The position numbers and the translations under genes were made by a program. 64,000 bases of DNA from Clostridia bacterium. Its GTDB lineage: Bacteria; Bacillota; Clostridia; TANB77; CAG-465. The stretch covers positions 54,800 through 118,799 of the forward strand of contig JAZSJJ010000001.1 of the NCBI GenBank assembly GCA_045534225.1. Reading direction: 5' to 3'. This document shows, in pieces, positions 9,366 to 18,900 of the stretch; position 1 is the first letter of the stretch; every line of letters starts with the position of its first letter. The notes under the pieces were generated by a model, which made no database searches, had not been told where the DNA came from, and saw only the letters and a program-made list of their open reading frames with translations.

Positions 9366-11042
9366 ATGGAAGAACTAAATGTAAAACTTGCAAATTTAAT
9401 ATTTCCAGAAATAACTGAAACAATAGAAGACCTAGAAAAAAGATTTCCTAAAAGAAATCTTCCTGAAGGTGCAGAGGTAACTCGTTTCGCACCTTCTCCA
9501 ACAGGTTTCTTACACATTGGTGGACTATTTGGTTCATTAATAGATATGAGAGTTGCCAACCAATCTGGTGGTAAATTCATACTAAGAATAGAAGACACAG
9601 ATAAAAAACGTGAAGTAGAAAATGGAATAACATTACTTGTTAAAGAATTAAAAGCTTTCAATATAAATAATGACGAAGGTGTAACAGGTGAGGATACTGA
9701 AATAGGAGAATACGGTCCTTACAAACAAAGCGCAAGAGAATACATATATAAAGTATGTGCTAAAGAGCTTATTAAACGCGGTAGAGCTTATCCTTGTTTC
9801 TGTACTGCAGAAGAATTAGACAAGCTTCGTGAAGCTCAAGAAAGAAGCAAACAAATACCAGGATATTATGGTACATTTGCTAGATGCAGAAACTATACTG
9901 TAGAAGAAGCAATAGCTAAAATAGAAGCTGGAGATAAATATGTTGTTAGATTTAGATCTTTAGGTTCTCATATGAGAAAAGTTAAAGTTCAAGATATAAT
10001 ACGTGGTAAAATTGAAATGGCAGAAAATGATCAAGATATCGTAATAATAAAATCTGATGGATTACCAACATATCACTTTGCACACGCAGTAGATGATCAC
10101 TTTATGAGAACAACTATTGCAGTAAGAGGAGAAGAATGGATACCATCATCTGCACTTCACTTAGACCTGTTTAATGCTTTAGGATTTGAACAAGTTAAAT
10201 ATGCTCATACTCCAACTATTATGAAAAACGATAATGGTTCTAAGAGAAAGTTGAGTAAAAGAAAAGATCCTGAATCAGCAGTATCATACTTTATAGAAGA
10301 AGGATATCCTGCAGACTCAGTTATAGAATATCTTCTTACAATAATTAACTCAGACTATGAGCTTTGGAGAAAAGCAAACAAAACAGCTAACTGGAGAGAA
10401 TTTGAAGTTAAATTAAACAAACTAAACAGTTCAGGCGCCCTATTTGATATGGTAAAACTTACAGACGTATCTAAAGAAGTAATATCTAGACTAAATAGCG
10501 CAGAACTTTTAGAATTAGTTTTAGCATGGGCTAAGGTTTATGACAATTCTTTATATGAATTATTAAATAACGACCTAGCTTACGCAAAACAAATACTAGG
10601 TATTGAAAGAGACAACGCAACAAAGATTAGAAAAGATATAGCTAAATACAAAGATATATTACCAAATATATTCTATATGTATGATGAATTATTTGAAAAA
10701 GATATAAAAGAAGGATATAACTTTAACCTTAATAATGGTAAATTAACAATGGATGATGTAAAACAAGTTATATCTAACTATATAGAACTTCACAAACAAG
10801 GATTAACAAAGGAAACTTGGTTTGAAGAAGTTAAGAAAGCGGCAGAAGGATTAGGCTATGTGGTTAATATGAAAGAATATAAAGCAAATCCAGATGCATA
10901 TAAAGGAAGTATAGCAGACGTTACAGGAATTATACGTGTAGCTATAACAAATAGACAAAACACACCAGATATATTCTTAATAATGGATGTGTTAGGAAGC
11001 GAGAAGTCGCTTGCAAGACTTGAAAAAGTTTTAAGTATATAA
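9366..11042 (+). CDS. gltX: Glutamyl-tRNA synthetase (unusually long at about 558 aa)
   Basis: Class I HIGH motif (PSPTGFLHIGG), a KLSKR (KMSKS-like) motif and a long C-terminal anticodon-binding extension. Confidence 0.9.
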   Translation: MEELNVKLANLIFPEITETIEDLEKRFPKRNLPEGAEVTRFAPSPTGFLHIGGLFGSLIDMRVANQSGGKFILRIEDTDKKREVENGITLLVKELKAFNINNDEGVTGEDTEIGEYGPYKQSAREYIYKVCAKELIKRGRAYPCFCTAEELDKLREAQERSKQIPGYYGTFARCRNYTVEEAIAKIEAGDKYVVRFRSLGSHMRKVKVQDIIRGKIEMAENDQDIVIIKSDGLPTYHFAHAVDDHFMRTTIAVRGEEWIPSSALHLDLFNALGFEQVKYAHTPTIMKNDNGSKRKLSKRKDPESAVSYFIEEGYPADSVIEYLLTIINSDYELWRKANKTANWREFEVKLNKLNSSGALFDMVKLTDVSKEVISRLNSAELLELVLAWAKVYDNSLYELLNNDLAYAKQILGIERDNATKIRKDIAKYKDILPNIFYMYDELFEKDIKEGYNFNLNNGKLTMDDVKQVISNYIELHKQGLTKETWFEEVKKAAEGLGYVVNMKEYKANPDAYKGSIADVTGIIRVAITNRQNTPDIFLIMDVLGSEKSLARLEKVLSI

Positions 11043-11078
11043 TAATGAATTTAGTATTAAAAAGAGAGGTAGAAAGAA

Positions 11079-13862
11079 ATGGAAAATGAGAAAAAGAACT
11101 ATTCTGAAACACTAAATCTTCCAAAAACTGAATTCCCAATGAGAGGGAATCTTCCAGAAAGAGAACCAGCTGTTTTAGAAAAACAAAATGAAGTAAACGT
11201 ATACAAAAAATTATTAGAGAAAAACAAGAATACAGGTAAGACATTTATGTTACACGATGGACCACCATATGCAAACGGTAACATACATTTAGGTCATGCC
11301 TTTAATAAGATACTAAAAGACATTATTATAAAATACAAAAATATGTCAGGATATTATGCACCATTTATCCCAGGATGGGACACACATGGTCTTCCAATCG
11401 AAAAGAAAGTAGAACAAGTACTTAAAATAAGCAAAGATATGGTTGGAGTTCCTGAGTTTAGAAGAAAATGTGAAGCTTATGCTTTAGAACAAGTTGCTCT
11501 TCAAGAGGGTGGATTCAAACGCCTTGGAGTATTAGCAGATTACGAAAACAAATATGTAACTCTAGCTCACGATTTTGAAGTAGAACAAATTAAAGTATTT
11601 GCAGATATGTACAAAAAAGGATATATCTACAGAGACTTAAAACCAGTTTATTGGTGTGAAGACTGTAGAACAGCCTTAGCAGAAGCAGAAATCGAATACG
11701 AAGACGATACTGCAACAAGTATATTCGTTAAATTCAATGTTGTAGATGACAAAGGATTATTTACAGGAGTAGTAGATTTAAGCACACTATACTTTGTAAT
11801 TTGGACTACAACACCTTGGACAATGCCTGGTAACCAAGCAGTTACTGTAAATCCAGAATTTGATTATAGCATTGTTAAAGTAGGAGAAGAACACTATGTA
11901 CTTGCAACTGAAATGGTAGAATCAGTAATGAAAGAAGCTGGAATTGAAGCTTACACAGTACTAGATAAAACATTTAAAGGTGCTGAGCTAGAAAATATTT
12001 GGTTGAAACATCCAATGTTAGATAAAAAATCTAGAGTAATCTTAGGTTCAGATAATGATCTATTAGTTACACTTGATGCTGGTACTGGTCTAGTACATAC
12101 AGCTCCAGGACATGGACATGAAGACTATCTTGCATGTAAACGTTATGGAGATATAGAAATCATATGCCCAGTAGATGAAAAAGGATATATGACAGCTGAA
12201 GCTGGCGAACTAGAAGGCATGAAATATACTGATGCTAACAAAAGAGTAATCGAAGCTCTAGGTGAGTCTGGCGCGTTACTAGCTTCAAAACAATTAACTC
12301 ACCCATACCCACACTGTTGGAGATGTCACAAACCAGTTATATACAGAGCTAAAACTCAATGGTTTGCATCTGTTAAAGAATTTAGAGATGAAGCACTAGA
12401 AGCTGCAAAAACAGTTAAGTGGTATCCAAAATGGGGAGAAGACAGAATGCTTAACATGCTTAAAGACAGAGGAGACTGGTGTATTTCTCGTCAAAGAGTA
12501 TGGGGTGTTCCAATTCCAATATTCTATTGCGCAGACTGTGGTAAAGAATTAATTAATGAACAAACAATAGAGTTATTAAACAAGATATTTAAAGAACAAG
12601 GAACAAACGCTTGGTATGAATTATCTCCTGAAGAATTACTTAAGGGATATACTCATACTTGCGAATGTGGATGTAAAGAACTTGTTAAAGAAACAGATAT
12701 CATGGACGTTTGGTTCGACTCTGGTTCAAGCCATTTTGCAGTTCTAAACGATAAATTTGGTTTAACTTGGCCTGCAGACCTTTACTTAGAAGGAAATGAC
12801 CAATATAGAGGATGGTTCCAATCATCACTTCTTACATCAGTTGCTGTTAATGGAAAAGCACCATACAGAGAAAACGTAACACACGGATTCCTAATTGATG
12901 AAGATAAGAGAAAAATGTCTAAGAGTCTTGGTAATGGTGTAGATCCACTTAAAGTTTGTAACGAATTTGGCGCAGACATATTAAGATTATGGACAGTATC
13001 ATCAGACTACCATGCAGACGTTAAAGTATCTAACGATATCATAAAAGGTGTTGCAGAAGTATACAAGAAGATAAGAAATACAGCAAGATTTATGCTAGGA
13101 AACTTATCAGACTTTGAACCAAATACAGAATATGTAGAATATAGCTCAAGAGATGAACTAGACAAATACATTATGTACAAAACAAATAATCTTGTAAAAG
13201 ACTGTCTAGCTGGATATGACGAATACTCATTCCATACAGTATTTAATGCAATCCATAAATTCTGTACAGCAGATTTAAGTTCTAGATACTTAGATGTTGT
13301 TAAAGACAGATTATATACATTAAACGCTAAAGATGAACTTCGTAAGAGCATTCAATCCACAATGTATGATGTATTAAAAACTATGACAGCACTTTTAACA
13401 CCAATACTTTCATTTACAACAGAAGAAATCTGGGGTTATATGACTCTTAAAGATGAAGATAAAGTTGAATCTGTACTTCTTGCAGATATGCCTAAGGTAA
13501 ATGATATGTATGATGATGAAGCTTTAGCAGCTAAATGGGATGAAATATATGAATTAAGAGATGCTATACTTGTAGATCTTGAAAAAGCAAGAGCTGAAAA
13601 GATAGTAGGACACCCACTAGATGCTATGGTTACAATCTATGATAATGAAGCTAAGGTAGCTAAATTAACAGAGCTTAAAGATATTATTGAAATGATATTA
13701 ATAGTATCTAAAGTGGAAGTTAAAGTTGGAGATAGACGCGTTGAAGTTACAAAAGCACCTGGAACTAAATGTGAAAGATGCTGGAAGTATAGCGAGGAAG
13801 TAGGAAATCATAAAGAACACAGTACAATCTGTCCAAGATGTATAGACGCTATAACTAAATAA
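11079..13862 (+). CDS. ileS: Isoleucyl-tRNA synthetase
   Basis: TLNLPKTEFPMRGNLP N-terminus, HIGH (NGNIHLGHA), KMSKS and a C-terminal Zn finger CERCW..CPRC. Only 36 nt separate it from gltX, so there is no room for a T-box leader. Confidence 0.9.
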   Translation: MENEKKNYSETLNLPKTEFPMRGNLPEREPAVLEKQNEVNVYKKLLEKNKNTGKTFMLHDGPPYANGNIHLGHAFNKILKDIIIKYKNMSGYYAPFIPGWDTHGLPIEKKVEQVLKISKDMVGVPEFRRKCEAYALEQVALQEGGFKRLGVLADYENKYVTLAHDFEVEQIKVFADMYKKGYIYRDLKPVYWCEDCRTALAEAEIEYEDDTATSIFVKFNVVDDKGLFTGVVDLSTLYFVIWTTTPWTMPGNQAVTVNPEFDYSIVKVGEEHYVLATEMVESVMKEAGIEAYTVLDKTFKGAELENIWLKHPMLDKKSRVILGSDNDLLVTLDAGTGLVHTAPGHGHEDYLACKRYGDIEIICPVDEKGYMTAEAGELEGMKYTDANKRVIEALGESGALLASKQLTHPYPHCWRCHKPVIYRAKTQWFASVKEFRDEALEAAKTVKWYPKWGEDRMLNMLKDRGDWCISRQRVWGVPIPIFYCADCGKELINEQTIELLNKIFKEQGTNAWYELSPEELLKGYTHTCECGCKELVKETDIMDVWFDSGSSHFAVLNDKFGLTWPADLYLEGNDQYRGWFQSSLLTSVAVNGKAPYRENVTHGFLIDEDKRKMSKSLGNGVDPLKVCNEFGADILRLWTVSSDYHADVKVSNDIIKGVAEVYKKIRNTARFMLGNLSDFEPNTEYVEYSSRDELDKYIMYKTNNLVKDCLAGYDEYSFHTVFNAIHKFCTADLSSRYLDVVKDRLYTLNAKDELRKSIQSTMYDVLKTMTALLTPILSFTTEEIWGYMTLKDEDKVESVLLADMPKVNDMYDDEALAAKWDEIYELRDAILVDLEKARAEKIVGHPLDAMVTIYDNEAKVAKLTELKDIIEMILIVSKVEVKVGDRRVEVTKAPGTKCERCWKYSEEVGNHKEHSTICPRCIDAITK

Positions 13863-13921
13863 ATATAACAAAATTATTTTCTGGACATAATATATATAAA
13901 GGATAATAGGTGAAAATATTA

Positions 13922-15091
13922 ATGGACAAAATTATATATGTAGACCATAGTGCTACAACATATGTAAAAAAAGAAGTTTTAGATGAAATGTTACCATACT
14001 TTACAGAGAAGTATGGTAATGCTTCATCACCATATAAAATAGGTGGAGATTCTAGAGAAGCTGTAGAAAAAGCAAGAGAACAAGTAGCAAAAGCAATTAA
14101 TGCAAAAGCGAATGAAATCTACTTTACTGCGGGCGGAAGTGAATCAGATAATATGATAATCCGTGGTATTGCTTATGCAAACAAAAACAAAGGCAATCAT
14201 ATTATAACTTGTAAAATAGAGCATCCAGCAGTTCTAGAAACTTGTAAAGCTTTAGAAAAAGAAGGCTTTGAAGTAACATATCTATCTGTAGATGAAAATG
14301 GCTTTATATCTCTAGATGAACTTAGAAATAGTATTAAGGATACAACTATTCTTGTTTCTATTATGTTTGTAAATAACGAAATAGGAACAATACAAAATAT
14401 TTCAGAAATAACTAAAATAACTAAGTTTAAAGGTATATATTTCCATACAGACGCTGTTCAAGCAGTAGGAAATGTAAATATTGATGTAGACGCATTAGGA
14501 ATAGATGCATTATCTATGTCTGCACACAAATTCTATGGACCAAAGGGAATAGGAGCAGCTTACATAAAAAAGACAGTTAAGTTTACTCCAATTATTACTG
14601 GCGGACACCAAGAAAAAGGTAAACGTGCTGGTACAGAAAATGTTCCTGCTATAGTGGGTATGGGTAAAGCAATAGAGCTTGCCGCAGCCAATATTGAATC
14701 ATACAACAAAAAGCTAATGGAACTTAGAGATTATACAATAGATAGAATTCTAAATGAAATTCCATATGTTAAGCTAAATGGGGATAGAAATTCTCGCCTT
14801 GCAGGTAGCGTAAATATATCTTTCAAAGGGATAGAAGGAGAATCTTTACTTCTTATGCTAGATATGAAGGGAATAGAGGCTTCTAGCGGAAGTGCTTGTA
14901 CATCTGGTTCTTTGGATCCATCGCATGTGCTTTTAGCTATCGGGCTTAAACATGAAATAGCGCACGGTTCATTAAGACTTTCTTATGGTGAATGCAATAC
15001 AATGGAAGATGCAAAGTATATTGTAGATTCTTTAATAGAAATTGTAGCAAGACTTAGAGAAATGTCTCCACTTGATGCAAGCGAAATGTAA
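13922..15091 (+). CDS. nifS: Cysteine desulfurase (NifS/IscS class V aminotransferase)
   Basis: MDKIIYVDHSATT start, PLP-Lys motif SMSAHKFYGPKG and the catalytic Cys loop SSGSACTSG. Confidence 0.85.
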   Translation: MDKIIYVDHSATTYVKKEVLDEMLPYFTEKYGNASSPYKIGGDSREAVEKAREQVAKAINAKANEIYFTAGGSESDNMIIRGIAYANKNKGNHIITCKIEHPAVLETCKALEKEGFEVTYLSVDENGFISLDELRNSIKDTTILVSIMFVNNEIGTIQNISEITKITKFKGIYFHTDAVQAVGNVNIDVDALGIDALSMSAHKFYGPKGIGAAYIKKTVKFTPIITGGHQEKGKRAGTENVPAIVGMGKAIELAAANIESYNKKLMELRDYTIDRILNEIPYVKLNGDRNSRLAGSVNISFKGIEGESLLLMLDMKGIEASSGSACTSGSLDPSHVLLAIGLKHEIAHGSLRLSYGECNTMEDAKYIVDSLIEIVARLREMSPLDASEM

Positions 15092-15190
15092 TAAAACATA
15101 AATTAAAATTGAAAATAATCCGAGAATGTGTTATAATATTTCTCGGATGTTTTTTAGTCCAAATAATAATTTATTTGAAAGGAGATAGTT

Positions 15191-15460
15191 ATGAAAAAAG
15201 CTATCGTTGTCTCGCTCGCTGTAATCGGAGGAATTACTGTTGCTTGTACCGCATTTGTGGGAATCGCAAGTGCTGTACAAGCAGCAAGAGCAAAAAAGCG
15301 TTATGAAAGCATGACTCCCGAAGAACGTGAGGCTCATAACAAGAGGATGGATGGCGTATTGGCAGCCATTTTCGATGCTTATGGCTTTGATAAGGCTAAA
15401 ACAGAGGCTCCAGTGGAAGCTGAAACAGAATCTGCTTTGGCAGAAGAAGTAACGGCTTAA
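15191..15460 (+). CDS. Small membrane protein (N-terminal TM, charged Ala/Glu-rich tail); GC-elevated (about 45%)
   Basis: AGGAGA RBS. The -10 TGTTATAAT is flanked by a perfect inverted repeat CCGAGAA..TTCTCGG. A terminator hairpin follows. Confidence 0.5.
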   Translation: MKKAIVVSLAVIGGITVACTAFVGIASAVQAARAKKRYESMTPEEREAHNKRMDGVLAAIFDAYGFDKAKTEAPVEAETESALAEEVTA

Positions 15461-15470
15461 TGCAAATTAA

Positions 15471-15498
15471 AGGCACAGAAAATTCTGTGCCTTTTTCT
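15471..15498 (+). terminator. Intrinsic terminator
   Basis: aggcacagaaaattctgtgcct hairpin followed by TTTTT. Confidence 0.75.
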
Positions 15499-15583
15499 TT
15501 ATTTGATTTGAAAAATAAACTATTTATATGATATAATCTAGTTCGAAGATATTATATATCTAAATAATAATTTATTTGAAGGG

Positions 15584-15799
15584 ATGGTGGCTTGTTTGAA
15601 AACAGCTATCAAAATTGGATGCGTAGCATTTGGCACATTGGCACTTGCAACAGTTACTGCGTATTTTATGCGTAGAAGAAAAAAAGTTGTGGCAAAGATT
15701 GAACCTGAGACTAGAACAAACTTTTTGACTAAAACGGGAGTTTTGGACAGTAAAGAGTTTGTTGCGAAACTTAAAGAGAGGAAGAAAAAGAGCGTGTAA
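15584..15799 (+). CDS. Small membrane protein (TM plus RRRKK and a basic tail), in tandem with the previous one
   Basis: It shares a roughly 22-nt leader motif (aaataataatttatttgaaRgga) with the upstream small gene. A terminator hairpin agagcgtg..cacgctct overlaps the stop. Confidence 0.4.
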   Translation: MVACLKTAIKIGCVAFGTLALATVTAYFMRRRKKVVAKIEPETRTNFLTKTGVLDSKEFVAKLKERKKKSV

Positions 15800-15965
15800 T
15801 CCACGCTCTTTTTCATGTCTATTAACAGGTTACATAAAAAACCTTGAAACCCTTGTAAATAGCGACTTTTTGAGGTGTATAAAATAACGCTAAAAACACT
15901 TGCAAAAGGTCGTATTTTGGTATATAATGATGTCGTGACAAATCGATTAAAATATGAGGTGTAAA

Positions 15966-18900
15966 ATGCAAGAATATTTATTTGAAATTGATAGCGAGGT
16001 CAAACGTAATTTTAAGTTTATAAAATCAACTTATGATTTACTAAACATGAATAATGAACTTAAAATACCTTCGCATTCAGCAGGTCAATGGTTACTAGAT
16101 AACTTATATATTGTAGAACAAGAATATAATAATGCTAGATTATCATTGGAACACGGAATAAGAGTTGGATTACCAACTGTTAAGCCGGCAGACGGAAAGG
16201 AAACACTAAGAGTAATGTTTATGGCAAATGAGATCGTAAACAGAAACAATGGTGTTGTAGATGACGGTATAGTTAGTAATTACATACGCGAATTCCAAAA
16301 ACATACATATGTCACTTTTGAAGAATTATCTGTTTTACCAATTATGCTAAGAATAGCAGTAATAAGATATATTAAAAGAATATGTGTAAACATTTCTAAC
16401 GCAGAAATGCAGAAATTGAAAGTAGAGAAGAGAATAAACAAATCTATCTCTAAAAATGCAGACAAGGTAACTACAAAAACACTTAAAGGTTTAGGTGGTA
16501 TGAAAGAAGAACTTACTATGGCAAATGGTGTTAAAACAAGCAACACTGCTTACATAGAGTATATGGCATACAAACTAAAAGACTTTGGTGCAGGTGGAGA
16601 AGAATACCTTGAAGAATTAAAAGAGGAAACAAACAAAGCGGGATTTACTATCGATGAAGCTATAGAGAAAGAACATGATGAAATAGCAAAAACAACAAGC
16701 TTAATTGCTAATGCTATTACATCAATGAAAACAATCTCAACTACTAACTGGGGAGATGTTATAGTTCACGTTAACAGAATAGACGAAATCCTAAAAGAAG
16801 ATTACACTAAAGAATATAAAAAGTGTGATCATAAAACAAAATCTAGATATAGAGCAACAGTTATTAAACTGGCTAAAAAATATAAAGTTTCTGAAATGTA
16901 TGTAGCTAAAAAAGCAGTAGAGTGTTCATTTAAATATGAAAAACACGTAGGTCATTTCTTAATAGGAGATGATAAAATACTTCTTATTAAGCTAATGAAA
17001 AAGAATCCTACAGGACTTTGGTTATACAACAATGTTGTTAAACCTCTTAAGGCATATATATACATACTATTAATACTTGGATTCGCAGCAACATTTACTA
17101 TAATAGTAGATAAGTTATTTATAGATAATTATTCTATAGGATTTAGAATAACGCTTAACATAATATTATTTGCGTTCGGTATGGAACTTGCAGATAAGTT
17201 GTATTCATACTTAATAGGAAAGTTTGTTCATCCAGAGCCACTTCCTAGATTTAACTTTGCTAAAACTATAGATGAAGAAACAAGTACAATAATCGCTATG
17301 CCAACAGTTATTAATTCAACTGAAAAGCTAGATAAGATGATTAAGAAGATGGAAACTACATATCTTGCAAATAGATCACAAAATATGTATTACATGCTTT
17401 TAGGTGACTGTACATCTACACAAAAAGAATATATTGACCTTGACGAAAAGGTTGTTAAATATGGTAAAAAATTAATTGATGACCTTAATGCAAAATATCC
17501 AGCAGAACCTAAATTATTCAACTTCTTATATAGAAAAAGAGTATATTCAGAATCTGAAGGATGCTATATGGGTTGGGAAAGAAAACGTGGTGCGTTAACA
17601 CAACTTAACCTATTACTTTTAGGAAAACTTTCTAAAGGACAAATAGCAAACTCAATGTATTTAGTACATAATGAAATACCTAAGGTTAAATACCTTATAA
17701 CAATAGACGAAGATACTGCATTATCTTTAAACTCTGCAAAAGAGCTTGTTGCGATTATTTCGCACCCATTAAATAAAGCAGTACTTGCTAAGAATAAAAA
17801 GATAGTTAAATCTGGTTACGGATTAATCCAACCAGCAGTTGGACTAGACATTGAAGCTGCAAACAGCAGTATATTCTCTAAAGTTTTCGGAGGATTTGGT
17901 GGTCTAGACATATATACAAATGCTATTTCAAATATGTATCAAGACATATTTAAAGAAGCTATATATACAGGTAAAGGTATATATGATATAGGACTATTCG
18001 AACAACTAATAGGAGATAAAGTTCCAGAGAACTTAATTCTAAGTCACGACCTATTAGAAGGAAGCTTTATGAGAACAGGTCTTGCATCTGACGTTGAAGT
18101 ACAAGATGGATTCCCATCAAACTTTATAGCATATATGAAGAGAAATCATAGATGGTATAGAGGAGATATGCAAATCATATCTTGGATATTTAGACCTAAG
18201 AGCGGACTAAACTTACTATCTCGTTTCAAAATATTTGATAACTTAAGAAGAGAAATGCTAGATGTATTCTCGTTATTGTTATTAATAGTATCTATGTTCA
18301 TAAAGGGTAATACATTCGTATATGCGTTTGTTGTTACATTCTGTGTAATGAACTTTGGATATCTTTTATCTACATTTGACCAAATAGTATTTGGTAGAAA
18401 TGCAGAGAGAAAACAAAAACAATATATTCCGGTTATATATGGATTAAGAGCAAACTTACTTAAAATGGTGTTTAATATTATAACGCTTCCATATAAAGCA
18501 TGGATAACAATTCACGCTTTCTGTACGTCAATATATAGAATGCTTGTTTCTAAAAAGAAACTTCTAGAATGGGCAACTGCAGAAACTATAGAAAAAGGCG
18601 CTAAAGAAAAAATGTCATATGTTTACAGAAACATGTGGCCAAACACAATATTTGGTTCTGTTATGTTACTATACGCATTATTACATGGTGTAACAACAGG
18701 TAAAGGTATATTTGTATTAATTATGGGTATATTTATGCTAATAGCTCCGTTTGCAGCATATATAATGAGTAAGAAAGTAATATTCGATGGCGGAAATAAA
18801 TTAGACAAGAAAGAAATAGATTTAGTTAAAGAAGTAGGAGAAAAGACTTGGAAATTCTTCGAACATACAATGACAGATCTTAATAATTACTTACCACCAG

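Noticed and set aside
9313-11078. T-box riboswitch leaders upstream of gltX or ileS
   Set aside because: The intergenic gaps are only about 53 nt and 36 nt. That is far too short for a T-box (over 200 nt) and there is no specifier or antiterminator structure. The genes appear co-transcribed with rnj.
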